Assembly (NCBI GenBank): GCA_047495785.1
Contig: JBLDXI010000007.1
Location: 2,914,001 to 2,978,000 of the forward strand
Source: Lepidodermella squamata
Lineage: Eukaryota; Animalia; Gastrotricha
Direction: 5' to 3'
Length of the DNA: 64,000 nt
The stretch's first letter is position 1; every line of letters begins with the position of its first letter. Below, in pieces: positions 60,394-64,000 of this stretch. The notes under the pieces are model-generated. The model had not been told where the DNA came from. It saw nothing but the letters and a program-made list of their open reading frames with translations, and did not search any database. A program made the translations under genes and the position numbers.

Positions 60394-62107
60394 TCCGTCA
60401 GTTAGTTCTCCGTCAGTCAGCGTATGATTGCCGATGCTGTGTCACGCCTCAAGCCGTTCAAGGCTCCCGGGTTGGATGGTATCAGCCCCGTCTTCTACAA
60501 GTGGGGTGGACCGGTGCTGCAGCGCCACCTCCGGCACATGTTCAACCTGAGCCTCGGATCGCGCTTCGTACTGCCCGACTGGAAGGAAGCTGCTGTGATA
60601 CCCGTGCCGAAAGCTGGCAAGCCGTTGGAGTCCATCGTGGCGCGTTGGTTGGGCGAGTTTTTGGAGAGCCACCACGCCCTGCCCGACAACCAGTATGCGT
60701 TCCGCGCGCACCACTCTGCACCCGATGTCCCTTTACGCGTCGCCCACGCCGTTCACCTTGACCGTTCTCGACACCGAAAAGTGATCGCTGTTGGCCTGGA
60801 CGTCCAGGCGGCTTACGATTCCGTGTGGAGTGCTGGCCTAGCGTTCAAGCTTGCTAAACTGCCGCTTCCTCGAAACCTCGTTTGGTGGCTGACCGATTTC
60901 CTTCGCGATCGCAACTTGCAGGCTCGTGTTGCGGGCTTCCTTAGTCGACAAGTTACCGTCAACTGCGGCGTGCCGCAAGGCTCGCCGCTGTCACCGCTGC
61001 TCTATATCGTTTACACTTCCGATCTGATGACCGCGCCGGCTGCCCCGGGGTGTTATCTCGATGCCTATGCTGATGACCTAACTGTTGTCGGTGAAGGGGT
61101 GGATTTTCCTGACGCTGAGCGTGCTACCCAGGATGAGATCGACCGGATATCAGCGTGGGCCCACGAGTGGCGGCAAAGGTTTAATGCCTCCAAGAGTGAA
61201 GTGATGCCATTCGCGTGGCACAGCTACGATGCCCGACTAACACTCGATGGCTCGGCGATCCCGCAAGTCCCAGTCATGCGCATCCTTGGTGTCCATCTCG
61301 ATGCTAAGTTGACCTGGAAGGCCCACATGGACCGCGTTATCACCCGCTGCACTCGCAATTTATCGCACTTTCGCAGTGTCTGTCGAGCCCCTGGCCTTTC
61401 TCGCCGGTGGCGCCGAACCGCGTATCTAAGTCTCGTTCGAACCACGTCAACGTATGGTAGCATCGTTTTCTGCACTCCACCCAAGTGGCAACTCAAGCGC
61501 CTTGATGTCCTTCAGAACGATTTCCTTCGGGCTCTACTGAACGTCCGCCGCGATGACCGCGTCAGAGTCACGGGCCTCGAACGTCGCGCTGGTCTCCCGC
61601 GTTTCTTTGAACAGACGCAGCGCCGTTACGCCGACAACGCCGTCCGCTTCGTCCTCCCGATCCGCGAAGCTGTCGAGCAACCACGTCTCTCTGCGAACCC
61701 GGTGCCCCGGTCTCCGCTGGCCCTGATCGCCAGCAGGCTTCCTCGGGGTCCTCTGCCCACCTTCGGTGTGTGATCGTTCCGTGTCTCTTCCGTCTTTCTA
61801 CATCTTGTACGTCTTGTCTTGTATAATCCTGGTTCCTCTTCTCCTTTCTTTTCTTTTTCTTCCTGCTGCACTCCTTCTGTTCTGATGTACCCATTACATG
61901 TAATCTTCTGCATACGATAAATATTCCTTTAGCTCGCCCACTAGCGTCCTCAGCGCACTGCCGCCGGCAAGCGCATGTCGTCTCGCAACCGCGTGCCATC
62001 TCTGTCATTTTGTATATACTGTTCGAAAGAAGGGAATTTATTATGTTATATTGTTCTTTTATTTTTTTGTGACTGATGGACAAATAAATTTGAATTTACA
62101 ATTTAGA
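60394..62107 (+). mobile_element. 5'-truncated non-LTR retrotransposon (LINE)
   Basis: 8-bp TSD TTTATGTC (60386-60393, 62108-62115), with the empty site at about 50083. The 3' end is AATAAATTTGAATTTACAATTTAGA and the body is GC-rich. Confidence 0.93.
60424..61773 (+). CDS. LINE ORF2 remnant: reverse transcriptase domain without the endonuclease
   Basis: Motifs KAPGLDGI, WKEAAVIPVPK, QYAFR, LDVQAAYDSV, GVPQGSPLSPLLY, YADDL and LGVHLD. Confidence 0.92.
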   Translation: MIADAVSRLKPFKAPGLDGISPVFYKWGGPVLQRHLRHMFNLSLGSRFVLPDWKEAAVIPVPKAGKPLESIVARWLGEFLESHHALPDNQYAFRAHHSAPDVPLRVAHAVHLDRSRHRKVIAVGLDVQAAYDSVWSAGLAFKLAKLPLPRNLVWWLTDFLRDRNLQARVAGFLSRQVTVNCGVPQGSPLSPLLYIVYTSDLMTAPAAPGCYLDAYADDLTVVGEGVDFPDAERATQDEIDRISAWAHEWRQRFNASKSEVMPFAWHSYDARLTLDGSAIPQVPVMRILGVHLDAKLTWKAHMDRVITRCTRNLSHFRSVCRAPGLSRRWRRTAYLSLVRTTSTYGSIVFCTPPKWQLKRLDVLQNDFLRALLNVRRDDRVRVTGLERRAGLPRFFEQTQRRYADNAVRFVLPIREAVEQPRLSANPVPRSPLALIASRLPRGPLPTFGV

Positions 62108-62665
62108 TTTATGTCAGAAACCGGCTCTTAAAAGTGCGGGTTATTTCGCCGAGTTCGAAACCAATATTTCTAGGATTCACGCGCCGGTTGTCCGCCTTGA
62201 ATGCAACGCCTATTTTCCATATTTTTCATAATATTTTATAAAAAAATATTTTTCATATTTTCCTCAGTTCTCATTTTCGTTCGATGATTTTTGAACATTG
62301 AACCTCAACGGTCTCCATAATTTCGGCGCTAAAATTGATTTTTTTTGATTCTTTGAAATTTCCTGGATTTTTTTCTTGATGCTGCCCCCTATACTAAAAA
62401 TGTTAATACAATTTCAAATTTAAATTTTTTTAAATTTAATTGTTAATTTAATTGTTATTTTTAATTTGTTAATTGTTAATTGTTAATTCGTTTTTTCCAT
62501 GAAATTGTTGCTCAAAAAATTTCCAAATTTTCAACCTTGGGCAGACACACCTTCGCGCTTCGGCAAAACTGTTTTGAAGCCTTCATCAACTCGCGTCTCA
62601 ATTCTTAATCCTCAACAATGAATTTTTCATGAATTAGGTATAGATATTTTGAATTCGAAACTGAG

Positions 62666-62860
62666 ATGGAGCCGAATTGTTCACCCGAAACGTTCTGCGT
62701 TGCTCTGAGAAAAACGGCTGAAATGCTTGTATTGAGGGCGAGAATAACAGCCACTGAACCTGAAGTGGTCAAAGTGTTGTCACTCACTGCAGCCGAGAAC
62801 TATGCCGTGTGCCTTGTACCACTGCGCTTCAGCGGAAAATTCTACCTAAAGCATAGCATG
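62666..62860 (+). pseudogene. Interrupted copy of C2 exon 1
   Basis: Near-identical to 51219-51413. Homology stops after AAGCATAGCATG and does not resume in the window. Confidence 0.8.
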
Positions 62861-63085
62861 AAAGATACTTTAATCCGCAGCAATTTTTTTTTCTCGCAGT
62901 ATCACTTTCTTTTCGCAGCAAATCAACGTTTTTTCCGCAGTAAATGCTAATTGAATAACTAATTGAAATAATATAGCCACCGAACTATATTAAGGCTATT
63001 CAATATTTAAAATCACGCCAGGTGATTGTAGCGAGCACAATTTGACGCGACATGAGCGAGTGGAACGACGGCTTAAGGTCTTTAA

Positions 63086-63784
63086 CCCTTTCATGGCGGA
63101 ATTATTTACCTGCGGGAGAAAACATATTTGACGGCAGTTCTAGGGGTTTTAGAGGGCCCTGATCACGATTTTGAAACCCGTTTACCTCTATCTATCACCG
63201 TTAATGCTGTAAACTGGCTGAAATCGTCCTATCCGCCCAGCTGATTTCAGCAGATTTTTCGAACACCCTAATTTCTGTGACAGGTGCCTCCAGCTTTAGA
63301 ATTTTATATTACAAATTACTCCCATGAATGTCCCCAAAATTCTCCCTCACTCAAATCGCCGAACACATTCAGTTTAAAAAAGTTTCAGAGGCTCAGCATT
63401 CAGATCCGAATTCAGCTTTTCCAGTTTATGCTCGCGACAGTTTTTGCAGCACAAAAACCACGCACTCCGCCTGTATGAGTCCTGGCGGATAGGACGATTT
63501 CGGCCGGTTTGATTAAATCTCAATAGCGCCGTCATTTTTAATTTCCAACTCGAAAAAATTTACACAGAGGTCAATGAGACTATGCGGACACGGGGGTATT
63601 TTTTGTTGGATCCAAAAATGATCAGAAACCTATGAGATTTCAAGCGGCGCCCTGGTCTCAAAACCTTGTAGCCAACATCGAAAAGCAATATTCCTGAAAA
63701 GGGCGATCAAAAATTCATCGAATTCAATTTTCTGTGAATTTTCAAAGTCGAAATTCCGAAATCGTCCTTCCCGCCGTGAAAGGG
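63086..63784 (-). mobile_element. piggyBac-like MITE (43787 family, inverted and longer)
   Basis: TTAA|CCCTTTCATGGCGG...CCGCCGTGAAAGGG|TTAA. The internal sequence is the reverse complement of 43787-44206 plus about 360 extra bp. Confidence 0.9.
63211..63510. mobile_element. Nested inverted-repeat element
   Basis: 27-bp inverted repeat AAACTGGCTGAAATCGTCCTATCCGCC / GGCGGATAGGACGATTTCGGCCGGTTT. Confidence 0.6.
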
Positions 63785-64000
63785 TTAACAAATTGTTTTT
63801 CACATGTTAAACTCGCGACTTGATCAACTGCCAAATTCAATTACTAAAATATATGAATTATTTATGCCGTCTCCATCAACAATTGTAAGATCTTCCTACG
63901 GGAGGCAGCGAATGCTCGAGGGTCAAATGTATCTCACTACATGTACCCCGTACATGTATCCCGTATGTCTCCGTACATGTACGTGTATCCCGTGAAGAAA

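Larger units (their letters stand above)
54954..62860 (+). repeat. Segmental duplicate of about 43851..51412
   Basis: Colinear copy: MITE remainder, B6-like gene, spacer and the start of C2. The offset at the junction is 11103 bp. Confidence 0.88.

Noticed and set aside
61568-62083. 171-aa minus-strand basic ORF
   Set aside because: It is the antisense reading of the pyrimidine-rich LINE 3'UTR.

Overview
This is AT-rich eukaryotic DNA, most likely an invertebrate animal: it has GT-AG introns, TTTTCAG acceptors, AATAAA signals and a Cys-loop channel gene. Every recognisable host gene is on the + strand. Positions 1-1.3 kb hold the 3' part of a divergent Cys-loop ligand-gated ion channel. Positions 1.5-12.6 kb hold a duplicated module: a TPR/helical-repeat gene (one intact copy, three decayed copies) paired with an intronless signal-peptide + 5-ankyrin gene (two intact copies). 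Positions 14.5-62.9 kb hold a head-to-tail array of about 15 loci (about 10 apparently intact) of an unusual SOCS-box protein superfamily. It falls into three subfamilies: A is single-exon and ASB-like, while B and C have two exons, a shared phase-1 intron and a shared Cys-containing N-terminal domain I do not recognise. All copies that retain the C-terminus have a BC-box with Ala at the canonical Cys position. The array shows hypervariable patches, patchwork gene conversion, birth-and-death pseudogenes and an ~11 kb tandem duplication. Together this looks like a rapidly evolving repertoire of ElonginBC/Cul5 ubiquitin-ligase substrate receptors, possibly for intracellular immunity (inference). 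Introns and spacers are packed with piggyBac, Tc1/mariner, hAT and foldback MITEs, a solo LTR and a 5'-truncated LINE. All alignments were done by eye.
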